NCBI GenBank assembly: GCA_965212015.1
Contig: OZ243037.1
Span: forward strand, 608,001 to 672,000
From: Cenarchaeum sp.
GTDB lineage: Archaea > Thermoproteota > Nitrososphaeria > Nitrososphaerales > Nitrosopumilaceae
Length of the DNA stretch: 64,000 nt
Reading direction: 5' to 3'
Within the stretch, counting starts at the first letter, position 1; each line of letters opens with the position of its first letter. A program made the position numbers and the translations under genes. Below, in pieces: positions 49,308 through 59,021 of this stretch. The notes beneath the pieces were generated by a model. That model saw nothing but the letters and a program-made list of their open reading frames with translations. It did no database searches and was not told the origin of the DNA.

Positions 49308-50919
49308 AAGAGAACCCCTTTACAGATTTACCCATGAAGCATTTGAAATGTTATTCAAGAACTTTGAAAAACATCTTGAACATTACAAGAATCCTGATGC
49401 AGATTTTATCAAACTATTAACAGAGAATGGAATCAATAATTACAAAGAACCAATAATCGCGCATATCATTAATCCAATCAAACTTGAATTGACAGAGGGC
49501 AAACCATCCCATCTAGCAGACATTCAGGCACTCGATTTTTATAATTCCTTTGAAGGCATGACGCCTAGACTTGCGTCAGATCCACGTGTACTGGCATATC
49601 TGAATCATTTTTATTTTCACAAGTATGGCATTGCTCGCTGGCCGATATCTGCAAGCACAAAACCAGAACATATGCGTAGACATTGGCTTACGCGTAGCAC
49701 AGAAAATACTCACATATGGAAATCAAACATTTCGGGCAGAACCTGGTGGATTGCACATATGGCCATCAAGGCAGCAGAGTCTTCGGCCGGCACATTTGAT
49801 GCAAAGCAAGCATTGAAAAAATTTACAGAAGCTCCAGAATATTACCATCGCACCATGGAATATGCCATACTCAAAAATCATACGCTTATGGCAGAATTCA
49901 TCAGAGCATTACACAGGGAGGCAGAGGGTATAAACCGTGATGGATACATAGCCATGGCAAAGGAATTAAACCTGGAGGCTGGTGCAAGGCTAATTGATTC
50001 GCTGGACAGACAATACCTGCGTAAACTAGTACAGCGTGCAGCAGATCGTCAGATGTGCAATCCAAAATCTGTTACAAATCGCAAATATATTCATAATGTG
50101 AAAAAATTCAAAGTGTTGAGTTTGGGAGCTGGAGCACAGTCTACCGTGTTGGCGCTCATGGCAGAAGAGGGATGGAATGGACTTGAAAAACCAGATCTAG
50201 CTATATTTGCAGATACTCAATGGGAACCACCGAATGTATACGAGCACCTAGATTGGTTAGAAAAACAGCTATCGTATAAGGTAATTCGAGTATCTGCAGG
50301 AAACATACGTGAGAACATACTAAACGGTGTCAATTCAGATGGAGACAAATTTATGGACATACCGGCATTTTTAGTAAATCCTGATGGAAGTAAATCCGTG
50401 GCCCGCAGACAATGCACTACGCATTATAAAATAAGACCCATACACAAGGAGCTTAGAAAACACCTCGGCATACCAACCGGTCGACGTGCTCCAAAAGATA
50501 TTCAGGTAGAAATGTGGCTGGGTATTAGTGCAGATGAATCAAATAGAATTAAACCTAGCAGAGATGAATGGATCGACAATCGATATCCACTTATTGAAAA
50601 GGACATGACCCGGGCCAACATATACAATTGGTTTAGTGAGAGGTATCCGGATCGTCGTTTGCCTCGCAGTGCATGCGTAGGATGTCCTTACCACAACAAC
50701 ATGGAGTGGAAATGGATCAAAGAAAACGATCCGGATTCATTTGAGGAAGCAGTCAATGTTGACTGGTCGCTTCGTAATGTTCAAAAGACACGTGGTACAC
50801 TCAAAGGAGATGCGTACTTGCATCACACGCGCAAACAGTTAAACAAAGTGGATTTTAGCAAGACAGAAAATTATGATGACTATATGGCGAGCGAATGTGA
50901 GGGACTCTGTGGTGTCTGA
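49294..50919 (+). CDS. DUF6339-like domain fused to PP-loop/PAPS-reductase-like Cys-rich domain
   Basis: N-terminal TPRLASDPRVLAYL.H...RW...NISGRTWW; C-terminal LSLGAGAQST, ADTQWE, QCT..YK, GISADE, SACVGCPY, ECEGLCG. Confidence 0.7.
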   Translation: MNMIEREPLYRFTHEAFEMLFKNFEKHLEHYKNPDADFIKLLTENGINNYKEPIIAHIINPIKLELTEGKPSHLADIQALDFYNSFEGMTPRLASDPRVLAYLNHFYFHKYGIARWPISASTKPEHMRRHWLTRSTENTHIWKSNISGRTWWIAHMAIKAAESSAGTFDAKQALKKFTEAPEYYHRTMEYAILKNHTLMAEFIRALHREAEGINRDGYIAMAKELNLEAGARLIDSLDRQYLRKLVQRAADRQMCNPKSVTNRKYIHNVKKFKVLSLGAGAQSTVLALMAEEGWNGLEKPDLAIFADTQWEPPNVYEHLDWLEKQLSYKVIRVSAGNIRENILNGVNSDGDKFMDIPAFLVNPDGSKSVARRQCTTHYKIRPIHKELRKHLGIPTGRRAPKDIQVEMWLGISADESNRIKPSRDEWIDNRYPLIEKDMTRANIYNWFSERYPDRRLPRSACVGCPYHNNMEWKWIKENDPDSFEEAVNVDWSLRNVQKTRGTLKGDAYLHHTRKQLNKVDFSKTENYDDYMASECEGLCGV

Positions 50920-51241
50920 AATCGTATCACAACTAATGTTGAAAAAAATTCCTTTCGACTATGATTTTCACAATCATTTAAACAATTCTGGTGGATTGTA
51001 TTGCTTTTGGTTGCGCAATAGTTGTCTTTATGTGGGCATGAGTGAGGATCTAAAGAGGCGTATTGCACAACATAGCCATAAGGAAGATAATCCGGAATTG
51101 ATCAAATATTTCAGAACATGTCCAGATGAAATCGAAATATCCATAGTGTATCTAGATCTTACTGCAAACAAGCTCAGAAACATCGAATCAAGAGCCATAC
51201 TAGAATTACATCCAGTGGCCAATAGGCAAGGAATTTCTTAG
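50912..51241 (+). CDS. GIY-YIG nuclease family protein
   Basis: GLYCFW...LYVGMS..LKRRIAQH...IE..AI...HP..N. Confidence 0.8.
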   Translation: MSEIVSQLMLKKIPFDYDFHNHLNNSGGLYCFWLRNSCLYVGMSEDLKRRIAQHSHKEDNPELIKYFRTCPDEIEISIVYLDLTANKLRNIESRAILELHPVANRQGIS

Positions 51242-51289
51242 GTATGATCATGCCATTTGAATATCTTTTACTTTCCATGGAGATATGTC

Positions 51290-52549
51290 ATGACTAGCTC
51301 ATATCCTGCACTACGAGGAAAATTTGGAAAGACAGATTATTTTTTGACTGCCATGCCAGTAGGAGAATTGATCAGTCGTGTCACATTCCCAATAGATCTT
51401 CCAGGCTGGGAGAACCGCTCCATAGAGGAGAGATTTCAGCGAAAGATCGATATAAGGAGAATTAGACGTGACATTGCTCCATATTTTGCAAATGATGAGA
51501 ATAGATTTTCTGGTGCACTGGTACTGGCAGTACTAAATTCTGATAAAATGATACTAGAATCATTACAAGATATTGCAGGAGTCAGTAATAATATCCCAAA
51601 ATTGTATAATAGTGTTATCGGTGATATGGGATTCCTGATAATGTCGGGAGATGAAGTTTTTGTTCCACTTGACGGACAGCATAGGGCTAAGGCATTCAAA
51701 CTTGCAATAGAAGGCTATAAGGATAGTAGTAAGGTAGCCCCATTAATACGGCCTAATCCAGATCTGGCAAAGGACAAAGTCGCTGTGATATTGGTTCGTT
51801 TTGACGACTTGATGTCCAGATATATATTCAACAAGATAAACCGATACGCAAAGCCTACCACCAAGGCTGACAAATTGATTACTGACGATGATAATGCCGT
51901 AGCAGTAATAACAAGGCAGATGATAAGTGACGGTGTCATTCCGGAACGTCTAGTGAACATAGACACAAACTCACTTAGCAAAACAATGCACGAATTTACA
52001 ACACTTTCTACGTTTTATGATGCCAACATGTACCTTCTGTCTGGATTACAGGTTGCCAGTATAGCAAATCCAGAAAAAATGTCCAAACCTGAAAGGGAGA
52101 TGCGATTAACAGAAGTAAGCGCAGAATGGAAGCGTTTGATATCTGGAATTGGTTTGTGGAAAAAAGCCCTCAAGGATCCATCCATAAAAGGGGATGACAT
52201 ACGCAAAAAGATCCGCAAGGAATACTTGCTAGGTAAACCCATCGGTCAGCTCTCGCTGGTAGGCGGATACGCCTTTACATGTCAGAGGCACAGGAATGAG
52301 GTGGATAGAGATCTCCTAATAAGACGACTAGATAAGATAGATTGGAGGGTGCGCACAAAGATGTGGTCAGGAGTGCTGATCCGTCAAAACGGCAGGATCA
52401 TGTCGGGAAGACCGACAGCAAAAAATGCCATCAAGTTCATAGCTTATCTCATAGGTGCTGAGCTGACAAAACTAGAGAAGGACAGCATTTTAGGATGGAT
52501 TTATGGCGACAGATGGAAAAAGAATGTTCTTCCAGAACCGATCAAATGA
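51290..52549 (+). CDS. dndB: DndB/DGQHR domain protein
   Basis: FQRKID..RI..IAPY, RFSGAL, LDGQHR, IFNKINRYAK. Confidence 0.82.
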   Translation: MTSSYPALRGKFGKTDYFLTAMPVGELISRVTFPIDLPGWENRSIEERFQRKIDIRRIRRDIAPYFANDENRFSGALVLAVLNSDKMILESLQDIAGVSNNIPKLYNSVIGDMGFLIMSGDEVFVPLDGQHRAKAFKLAIEGYKDSSKVAPLIRPNPDLAKDKVAVILVRFDDLMSRYIFNKINRYAKPTTKADKLITDDDNAVAVITRQMISDGVIPERLVNIDTNSLSKTMHEFTTLSTFYDANMYLLSGLQVASIANPEKMSKPEREMRLTEVSAEWKRLISGIGLWKKALKDPSIKGDDIRKKIRKEYLLGKPIGQLSLVGGYAFTCQRHRNEVDRDLLIRRLDKIDWRVRTKMWSGVLIRQNGRIMSGRPTAKNAIKFIAYLIGAELTKLEKDSILGWIYGDRWKKNVLPEPIK

Positions 52550-52615
52550 TCGAAATACAAGTATTAAAATTCATAAGAATTTTATTGTACTGAAGAATCG
52601 TCAACAATTGTACCG

Positions 52616-54037
52616 TTATGGCAAAGGAATTGGGTTGAATCCGTACTCATTACAAATACCATAATGGTTTATGATGACAGGTTCCCATCCCCTACCTATA
52701 TCTAATTGATCTAAAGAATTTTTTAACTCTTCTATCTGATCATAATACAGTGCATTTCTATCGATCAAGCTATCCAGAAATTTTTCCTCTGGTAACGAAT
52801 TGCTTTTTTTACAATTGCATTTTTGACACGATAAAACCAAATTCCATGGATGATCGTCATAAATATAGGACCATGGAATAAAGTGATCCACATGTGTAGA
52901 ATCATATTTTAGTTTGTTTTTACAGTAAAAACATTGATCAACATATTCAGAATATATTTTTCTGTATTCTGTCAATGACCCTCTTACTGGATCATTATGT
53001 TCTAGCTTTGCAACCAATCTAGGTAATGAATGGTTAATTTTTTCCAAGAATTTTGCCCACTGTGCAAGAACTACTTGGGATAATATCCTGTTGTTTTTAC
53101 GGAAAAAACTAAAAGCTTCTGGCTTTAGATATAGCATTTTTGCAGAGTTATCATAATTATAAAATATCCTGATATCTTCTGAATCATTACTAGTTGTGAT
53201 ATTTTGAAATGCAGGAATCACAATTGATTTTTTTCCTCTGATTGTACCAAATACGTTTTTGAGTATTTCTCCTTCCGCATTTTTGATGTCTTTTTTCTTA
53301 AGAAGTTCAAAATCAGCTGGAGGATTATTCCCAAAAACACTGTTTATTGCTTTTATTACATTTGGTTTTCCGCTTGTCCTAAAATCCTGTTTCATTTTGA
53401 ATTTGTATTCTTGATGCCAGTAATATTTTAGAAATTTACTTGCAAAATATTGATATGGTATTTCATGTATTTGTTTCTCTTCCGTAGTATCTTTGCAATA
53501 ATCTAACAGTGATTTAGCAAGGGTAAATTTGTACGTATTAGATTTGGGCGAATCTGCAATTATGGATAAAAATGCTCGTTTCAGATCTTTTTCTGAAACA
53601 TCTGATTCTATATACGGGTTTGTATCTTGTATGAATCTCTTTTCACCATTAGTCATTACCGGTTTTTTAATTGGTTTATTTGATAGCTTGTCAAGTCGGA
53701 ATATTCCAAAATGTTTTGAACTGTTCCAATCTATCAGCTTTTTGTTGCTTCGTAGCTTGGAAATCTCTTGATCTATGATATTTGGAAATTTATTAGATGT
53801 ACGATATGATCCCCACATACTAGGATCTAATTTTAATTCTCTTCCTACTGATGATATCAGATCAGTTCTGCTATGCCAAATTTTCTCATTTTGATGCTTT
53901 AATTGTAATTTATCTCCTGACTTGTCATCACGATGATTTGTAATGGTAGGTATGGTCTTGCCTTTTTGGTTTAGAACATATAGGACTAGCTCAGATGTGA
54001 ATTTACGAGGTATTTTACCAGATCGACTTATTGCCAT
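52616..54037 (-). CDS. HNH endonuclease with TYKF(A/T)L domain
   Basis: CFYC...HVDHFIPWS...WNLVLSCQKCNCKKSN. Confidence 0.85.
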   Translation of the reverse strand: MAISRSGKIPRKFTSELVLYVLNQKGKTIPTITNHRDDKSGDKLQLKHQNEKIWHSRTDLISSVGRELKLDPSMWGSYRTSNKFPNIIDQEISKLRSNKKLIDWNSSKHFGIFRLDKLSNKPIKKPVMTNGEKRFIQDTNPYIESDVSEKDLKRAFLSIIADSPKSNTYKFTLAKSLLDYCKDTTEEKQIHEIPYQYFASKFLKYYWHQEYKFKMKQDFRTSGKPNVIKAINSVFGNNPPADFELLKKKDIKNAEGEILKNVFGTIRGKKSIVIPAFQNITTSNDSEDIRIFYNYDNSAKMLYLKPEAFSFFRKNNRILSQVVLAQWAKFLEKINHSLPRLVAKLEHNDPVRGSLTEYRKIYSEYVDQCFYCKNKLKYDSTHVDHFIPWSYIYDDHPWNLVLSCQKCNCKKSNSLPEEKFLDSLIDRNALYYDQIEELKNSLDQLDIGRGWEPVIINHYGICNEYGFNPIPLP

Positions 54038-54259
54038 ATTAATGCATATGATTTACTTGAATTTAAATATTGCAAAGATGAATGTTGGGATTTGATCATT
54101 TTTATATATGGGGTGGTCAGCCATCATGATCCATAGCTTTTTCAGTTTTCTTGTATGGACACGCAATTAAATTGATTTATCCTGATAAAAATCAACCATC
54201 CTATAACACAAAGCAATTAGTGTTAAAATATTACAGCATAGGATACAGAATCCATGTGT

Positions 54260-54649
54260 TTATCTGATTTTTACAACACCTGTCTTTTCTGAATAGAAAT
54301 AAAACTCAATATCATCAAGCCATCTGTCAAATTCACGTATATACAGATCTGCCATTCTTCTATCCTCTCCAATTACAAATAATTTTTTCCATGGTTTGTT
54401 ATCGTATTTTTCCAATAAACCCATAAGCCAAACATATTCATTCAAAACAGAAAATTTTGCAGAAGGTCTATTTCCTCCACTTGTCATAGTATAATGTTTG
54501 ATATCTCCGACGATTTTGTGTTCTAGATTTATTAGATCAAAATTTTTGAATTTACCATTTATTGCAATTTTAACACTTGATAATTGTACATTCATGAGTT
54601 TTTCCATGGCTTTTCTTGCCTTGCTCTCGTATTCTTGCCAAGAATCCAT
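54260..54649 (-). CDS. Putative PD-(D/E)xK-fold protein
   Basis: QEYE...NFDL...VGDIKHY. Confidence 0.55.
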   Translation of the reverse strand: MDSWQEYESKARKAMEKLMNVQLSSVKIAINGKFKNFDLINLEHKIVGDIKHYTMTSGGNRPSAKFSVLNEYVWLMGLLEKYDNKPWKKLFVIGEDRRMADLYIREFDRWLDDIEFYFYSEKTGVVKIR

Positions 54650-54729
54650 CCTAAAATATTATGATCTAGATTAGTTATAAATGATCAGATTTGCAAAATA
54701 TGGTGTTTTTGATTTTTATCTAATATCTA

Positions 54730-54900
54730 TTAACAATTACGCGGAATATCGGACGCATCGGAGGAATCGTTGATGAATTTTACATCACTGCTAGTATCCA
54801 CAAGTTGCAGGGCAGAGGTCGGTCCTGACGAGGTTTCCTTATATTTTGGAAGCATCTCCTCGATTTCCTCCATGGTGTATTCCGTCCTCGTTTCTGCCAT
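54730..54900 (-). CDS. Small acidic hypothetical protein (56 aa)
   Basis: Manual translation MAETRTEYTMEEIEEMLPKY...; co-oriented between protease and nuclease genes. Confidence 0.35.
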   Translation of the reverse strand: MAETRTEYTMEEIEEMLPKYKETSSGPTSALQLVDTSSDVKFINDSSDASDIPRNC

Positions 54901-54953
54901 GCCTGATTCCTATTTGTCTGGTTTTTATATATACTTGTTGGTGAAAAATCACG

Positions 54954-55973
54954 TTATTCCTCATCATTTTTCATCCATTTCTCACTCATGACCGACTGTT
55001 GGTAACCTATCTTCGCAATACCCGTCTTGGCATCACATAGTTGAACACGATTGATTTTAAGACGTACAGAGTATGTATGAGTCAAGTCCTTGCTTTCCAG
55101 GACACATTTGTGTAGTGTGGTAATTATTTCATTCTTGGCACCTAGTTCAGCTTCAAGGCTGTAAGGTGTATCCAAATTTAGCAATTTGTTATATTCTCCA
55201 TACAGCTTCATAATATTCTCCATTAATTCTTCTGGTACGTCTATTATGCTCAATCCTAAATCATCCTTTGCTTCCCTTCTGCCTATCAGATAATTATGAG
55301 AGAATCTTTCCTCTATGAGAATTTTTACAATGGTGTCTATTTTCTTCTCATCGGTCATATGTTGTTTGAGCAGGGTTTTTGACAGGAACCTAATCTCGTT
55401 TCTTGATCTATTCACGGCACCAAGAACCAGCGGATGGAGTCCGCCTGCCAACACGGCCATGATCTTGGTCAGCTCCTCCTCCGAATCAGTTTTTGCCTCT
55501 TTTTTTGCAAGATCAAAAAAACTTACAACATCTTCCACATTGACTGGCATGTTGACCTGTATTGTGGGATTTTGTGGGTGTGGGAATTTTGGTCCCAGTG
55601 GATGTGTCAGGGAGGGATCCACGGGGCCGAGTTGCCCAATCTTTGACATGATTATTGAATTGGCCCCAAGGGTCATCAGAGTTCCGGTGCTTAGGCACTT
55701 GAATGGGACTATCATTCCATATTCCTTACAATACTCCCTTATCAAATTCACAATCCCATATCCAGATATTGTAATTCCGCCCGTAGTGTAAATCAATAGG
55801 TTGATTTTTTGAGTAGATTTTATCTTGTCCAAATGCTTATAGATGAACGGAATCACATCCGATGAAATTTTTGCCTCTAATCCTTTTCGGTCTCCAGTCA
55901 TGTAAACTAGAATCTTGGAATTTGTCTGTTCTTCAATCTTTTTGATCAGTTCCAGACGATTTTGTCGTCCCAT
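54954..55973 (-). CDS. ClpP/SDH-class serine protease
   Basis: TTGG, CLSTGTLMTLG, LGPVDP, SHNYLI. Confidence 0.82.
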   Translation of the reverse strand: MGRQNRLELIKKIEEQTNSKILVYMTGDRKGLEAKISSDVIPFIYKHLDKIKSTQKINLLIYTTGGITISGYGIVNLIREYCKEYGMIVPFKCLSTGTLMTLGANSIIMSKIGQLGPVDPSLTHPLGPKFPHPQNPTIQVNMPVNVEDVVSFFDLAKKEAKTDSEEELTKIMAVLAGGLHPLVLGAVNRSRNEIRFLSKTLLKQHMTDEKKIDTIVKILIEERFSHNYLIGRREAKDDLGLSIIDVPEELMENIMKLYGEYNKLLNLDTPYSLEAELGAKNEIITTLHKCVLESKDLTHTYSVRLKINRVQLCDAKTGIAKIGYQQSVMSEKWMKNDEE

Positions 55974-56090
55974 TAGCAGGATTAATAATAGTCGCTTATA
56001 AAATGTTTAGAAAAAAAATGGCAGGAATATTGTAAGTGTTCCGATCGCTTTCTGCCGTCATTACCGGCCCGCGGTATAAAATGCCCGGAT

Positions 56091-56197
56091 TTGCCTGATT
56101 TTTGCCAATGGATAAATAACAAGAATGACGAACCAAAAGGAGTGGTTTTATTGGATTCTATCGATCAGATCTCAGGATGCTTCGATGAGATTAAATG
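56091..56197 (+). pseudogene. Remnant of DUF3800-like gene 3' end
   Basis: WINNKNDEPKGVVLLD vs WANNRNKEPAGVISID of 26621-27196. Confidence 0.65.
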
Positions 56198-56266
56198 CCG
56201 TACCCACATGAGCCCGAGGATCGCCAACTGGACAGACTCCCGTTGGCCCAAGGGATTCGCGTACGG
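56198..56266. ncRNA. Structured element B (homolog of A)
   Basis: CCGTAC/GTACGG closing stem, ACATGAGCCC, CCAAC/GTTGG hairpin, GGGATTC. Confidence 0.6.
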
Positions 56267-56467
56267 TTATACATGGTAGGGTCACCCAACATAATAAAGT
56301 TTATGGGAAATCTACCCGTTAACAGATCACCATGACCACAGCTTGTATCATATGCCGTACTGTATGGCATCAATCTAGTCTGAATCCACACGTCATAAAA
56401 TATGGTTTTTTTGTATGTATGATTTAATCATGGAGGGCATATCTATTCTATTTCTAAAATAATGTGT

Positions 56468-56528
56468 CCGTATCCACTACTAGCCCAAGATCGCCGACAA
56501 CCATGTCGTCCTTGAGATCCGGTTACGG
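56468..56528. ncRNA. Divergent structured element D
   Basis: CCGTATCC/GGTTACGG stem, AGCCCAAGATCG, CGACA/TGTCG hairpin. Confidence 0.4.
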
Positions 56529-56609
56529 GTAACTATACTGCATCGAACTAGTATATTTGGATTTATGTAAAAATCCGCCCAAATTAGGGCTGTCAGGCCC
56601 GCCAAATCC

Positions 56610-56678
56610 GGTATGGCAAATGTCTGAAAAACTCTGATTCACACCACGAATTCACGGGTTCAAATCCCGTCCCTACGC
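56610..56678 (+). pseudogene. Degenerate tRNA-like remnant
   Basis: Perfect T arm ACGGG-TTCAAAT-CCCGT; other arms pair poorly. Confidence 0.35.
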
Positions 56679-56864
56679 GGTTATTGAAATATTGAGAATT
56701 AAAAGTATCCTGATGAGTCGGGCATGGCAGCAGATCTGAACGGCCCTTGGGTTTTAATTCGGATGACGGCATCTCCGGTAGATCTAGTCCGAACCTGCCA
56801 GGATCATCTGCAAACATTTGACCAAAAACAAATGTGGTGGGAGGTGAGGAATGACTATGGCAGA

Positions 56865-57941
56865 TTACAGTGTAAAGTTTGTAGCAGACTCATAGTTCTT
56901 GTTAAGATCCGGAAATTGTGCAAACAGCTCGTCCAGATATTCCTGCGTATCGTTAAACGGCCTTAGCAGCTCCAGATGGTTTGCATCCGGATAGTGCTCC
57001 AGCAAAAACTCGCCAAACTCCTTTATCGGAGGTGATCCGTTTCTCTCTTCAGGCGGGATGTAATTCGGCGAGTTTAGTATGTCGGTTGAGTTGTATTGCT
57101 TGCCTACATATACCGGTGCATTTTCAAGCAGCTCATCAGAAAGACCACCCACAATATCTCCCTCATATACTCTTGCCGTGCCGTTGTCAATTATAAAAGT
57201 ATAATTCGGTCCGACATTGTGGTAAAATAATATGGAAAGATATCCTACCGGAGGAAATCTGGGATCAGGCTCGTTGATTACCACCGGAATTTGTAGGTAA
57301 AGTTTTTGTGTATTGTTAAATGGCAGATCAATTCTGCCTTCAGATGTGACGACAGGCGGCCTATAATCATAATGCGTATAGTCTTCTGCCCTGAATAAAT
57401 CCTCGTGATTAATCGAGATAAACGTCGAATATGAGGCATGTATGGCATCACCGTACGGATACGTCCGTTCATAGTCGTCATATTCCAGCCTCTCCTCATA
57501 GTCATCATAACCGGCATCCTTGTCCGGTACCACATATTCGTATTCGAGATCGATTAAAAATTCCTCGCCTATGTTGACTATTTTTGGTGCCTTGAATGTG
57601 TACTTGGGCCAGTACTCATATTTGAAAACAGGACCCATCATCATTTCAAATCCAATCGCCTCTGATGATTCATCCAGATTGGATGTCATTATCGTCTCTC
57701 CGACTGTCATGTTCTTGTCTTGGATTGTGTAATCATCAGTCTGTACATTTCGTTCATCCAAAATGGGCACACCCCATCCCCTCTCCAAGAGCTTGGCCAG
57801 CGTATCATCAAAGACGCAGGCCAGCTTTCCATGCGGTGATTCTATCAGATTTTTATCCTCGCTGCATTGTATGGCAAATGCGTCGGGTAGAGCAATCATG
57901 CCGGCTGTCAATACTGCCAGAATTCCTAGGATTTTGAACAT
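56865..57941 (-). CDS. Secreted/surface acidic protein
   Basis: Signal peptide MFKILGILAVLTAGMIALPDAFA; C...ACV...LLERGWG motif common in thaumarchaeal exported proteins. Confidence 0.75.
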   Translation of the reverse strand: MFKILGILAVLTAGMIALPDAFAIQCSEDKNLIESPHGKLACVFDDTLAKLLERGWGVPILDERNVQTDDYTIQDKNMTVGETIMTSNLDESSEAIGFEMMMGPVFKYEYWPKYTFKAPKIVNIGEEFLIDLEYEYVVPDKDAGYDDYEERLEYDDYERTYPYGDAIHASYSTFISINHEDLFRAEDYTHYDYRPPVVTSEGRIDLPFNNTQKLYLQIPVVINEPDPRFPPVGYLSILFYHNVGPNYTFIIDNGTARVYEGDIVGGLSDELLENAPVYVGKQYNSTDILNSPNYIPPEERNGSPPIKEFGEFLLEHYPDANHLELLRPFNDTQEYLDELFAQFPDLNKNYESATNFTL

Positions 57942-58047
57942 TGTTATTGAATATGGCAAAATCATACTAATAAATGAATCATACAGATTCCACAAAGTTA
58001 TCTAATCGAGTCGCGGATCTCCGATTTCAAAATCATCGTGACTCCCG

Positions 58048-58351
58048 TGGACAAACAATGGAACCATTGAACCAGAGGGATCATGGCAGATCTTGCAAAC
58101 GTGCAGAGAAAACCAAGAAATTTTATGATGAATAATATGGATCCATAATCACATGAGCCCAAGGGTAACCAACAACAGTTGGTCCAAGGGATTCGACTAT
58201 GAATGATTTTGGTACGCTAAACTAGTATAGTAGTGTTGCTTTTGATGAGTGCAAAATCGTCCGATTTAGGCGTAAAGTGCATGCGATCAGTCAAGCCTGT
58301 AAAATCACAGATACAAGAAAATCTAGAGAGGATCGGCAAAGCCATACGAGG
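58048..58351 (+). pseudogene. Degenerate copy of DUF3800 3' end + structured element + small ORF cassette
   Basis: WTNNGTIEPEG, then element C, then sequence similar to 27338-27414 (ends GCCATACGAGG). Confidence 0.65.
58144..58201. ncRNA. Structured element C (homolog of A)
   Basis: ACATGAGCCCAAGGG, CCAAC-AACA-GTTGG, CAAGGGATTCG; closing CATAATC/GACTATG. Confidence 0.55.
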
Positions 58352-58458
58352 CTCCGGTGCCCCTGCGGCACGGACATACAGGATAATCCCCGATATTTTG
58401 TGGTAAAACTGCCGGATCTGACGGGAATTTTTAATAACCCATCTGCCGGCCACTAACC

Positions 58459-58980
58459 ATGAGGATTTCCGCAAAGATGAAAAAATCGCTCAATGATCAG
58501 ATCGCAATGGAGGCCTATGCCTCGCAGTACTATCTCTCGATGGCCTCCTGGTGCGAACTGACCGGCTATGACGGCTCTGCAAAATTCCTGCACAAGCAGG
58601 CAGACGAGGAAAGAATGCACATGATGAAAATAATCCAGTATCTAAACGAGATAGGAGCCGGCGCCGTCATACCCGCAGTGGGGCAGCCCCCCTCGACATT
58701 CAAGTCCCTAGAGCTGATATTTCAGGCCATTCTTAAAAACGAGCAGGCGGTGACTGCCTCGTTTAGCAGAATGGCCGAGCTTGCCCAAAAGGACAAGGAT
58801 CATACGACGTTTGCCTTTTTGCAGTGGTTCATAAGCGAGCAGATCGAGGAGGAAAAAACCGCCGAGACAATACTCCAAAAATTCGTCCTTCTCGGCAATG
58901 ACAAGATAGGGATATACGAGGTGGATAAAATTCTAGACGCAATGTCCGCCCAGATGGGCGCACAGCAGCAGGTTAAATGA
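58459..58980 (+). CDS. Ferritin
   Basis: E..AS..YLSMA, EERMHMMK, FLQWFISEQIEEE ferroxidase residues. Confidence 0.93.
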   Translation: MRISAKMKKSLNDQIAMEAYASQYYLSMASWCELTGYDGSAKFLHKQADEERMHMMKIIQYLNEIGAGAVIPAVGQPPSTFKSLELIFQAILKNEQAVTASFSRMAELAQKDKDHTTFAFLQWFISEQIEEEKTAETILQKFVLLGNDKIGIYEVDKILDAMSAQMGAQQQVK

Positions 58981-59021
58981 CGGCATTCCGGGAATCATAA
59001 AGCGTCACGCATTACAGCCAG

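Larger units (their letters stand above)
44614..58351. mobile_element. Second integrated segment (right boundary approximate)
   Basis: Own integrase, AT-rich defence cargo, return to host-like sequence before ferritin; no second att found. Confidence 0.6.

Noticed and set aside
51290-52549. Complete Dnd (DndBCDE) or Pbe system
   Set aside because: No DndD SMC-like ATPase, DndE or Pbe genes recognisable; DndB is reported as part of a different operon.
56050-58460. Second att repeat closing the right-hand segment
   Set aside because: Only weak partial matches (ACCGGCCCGC, AGGCCCGCC, CCACTAACC); not supportable.
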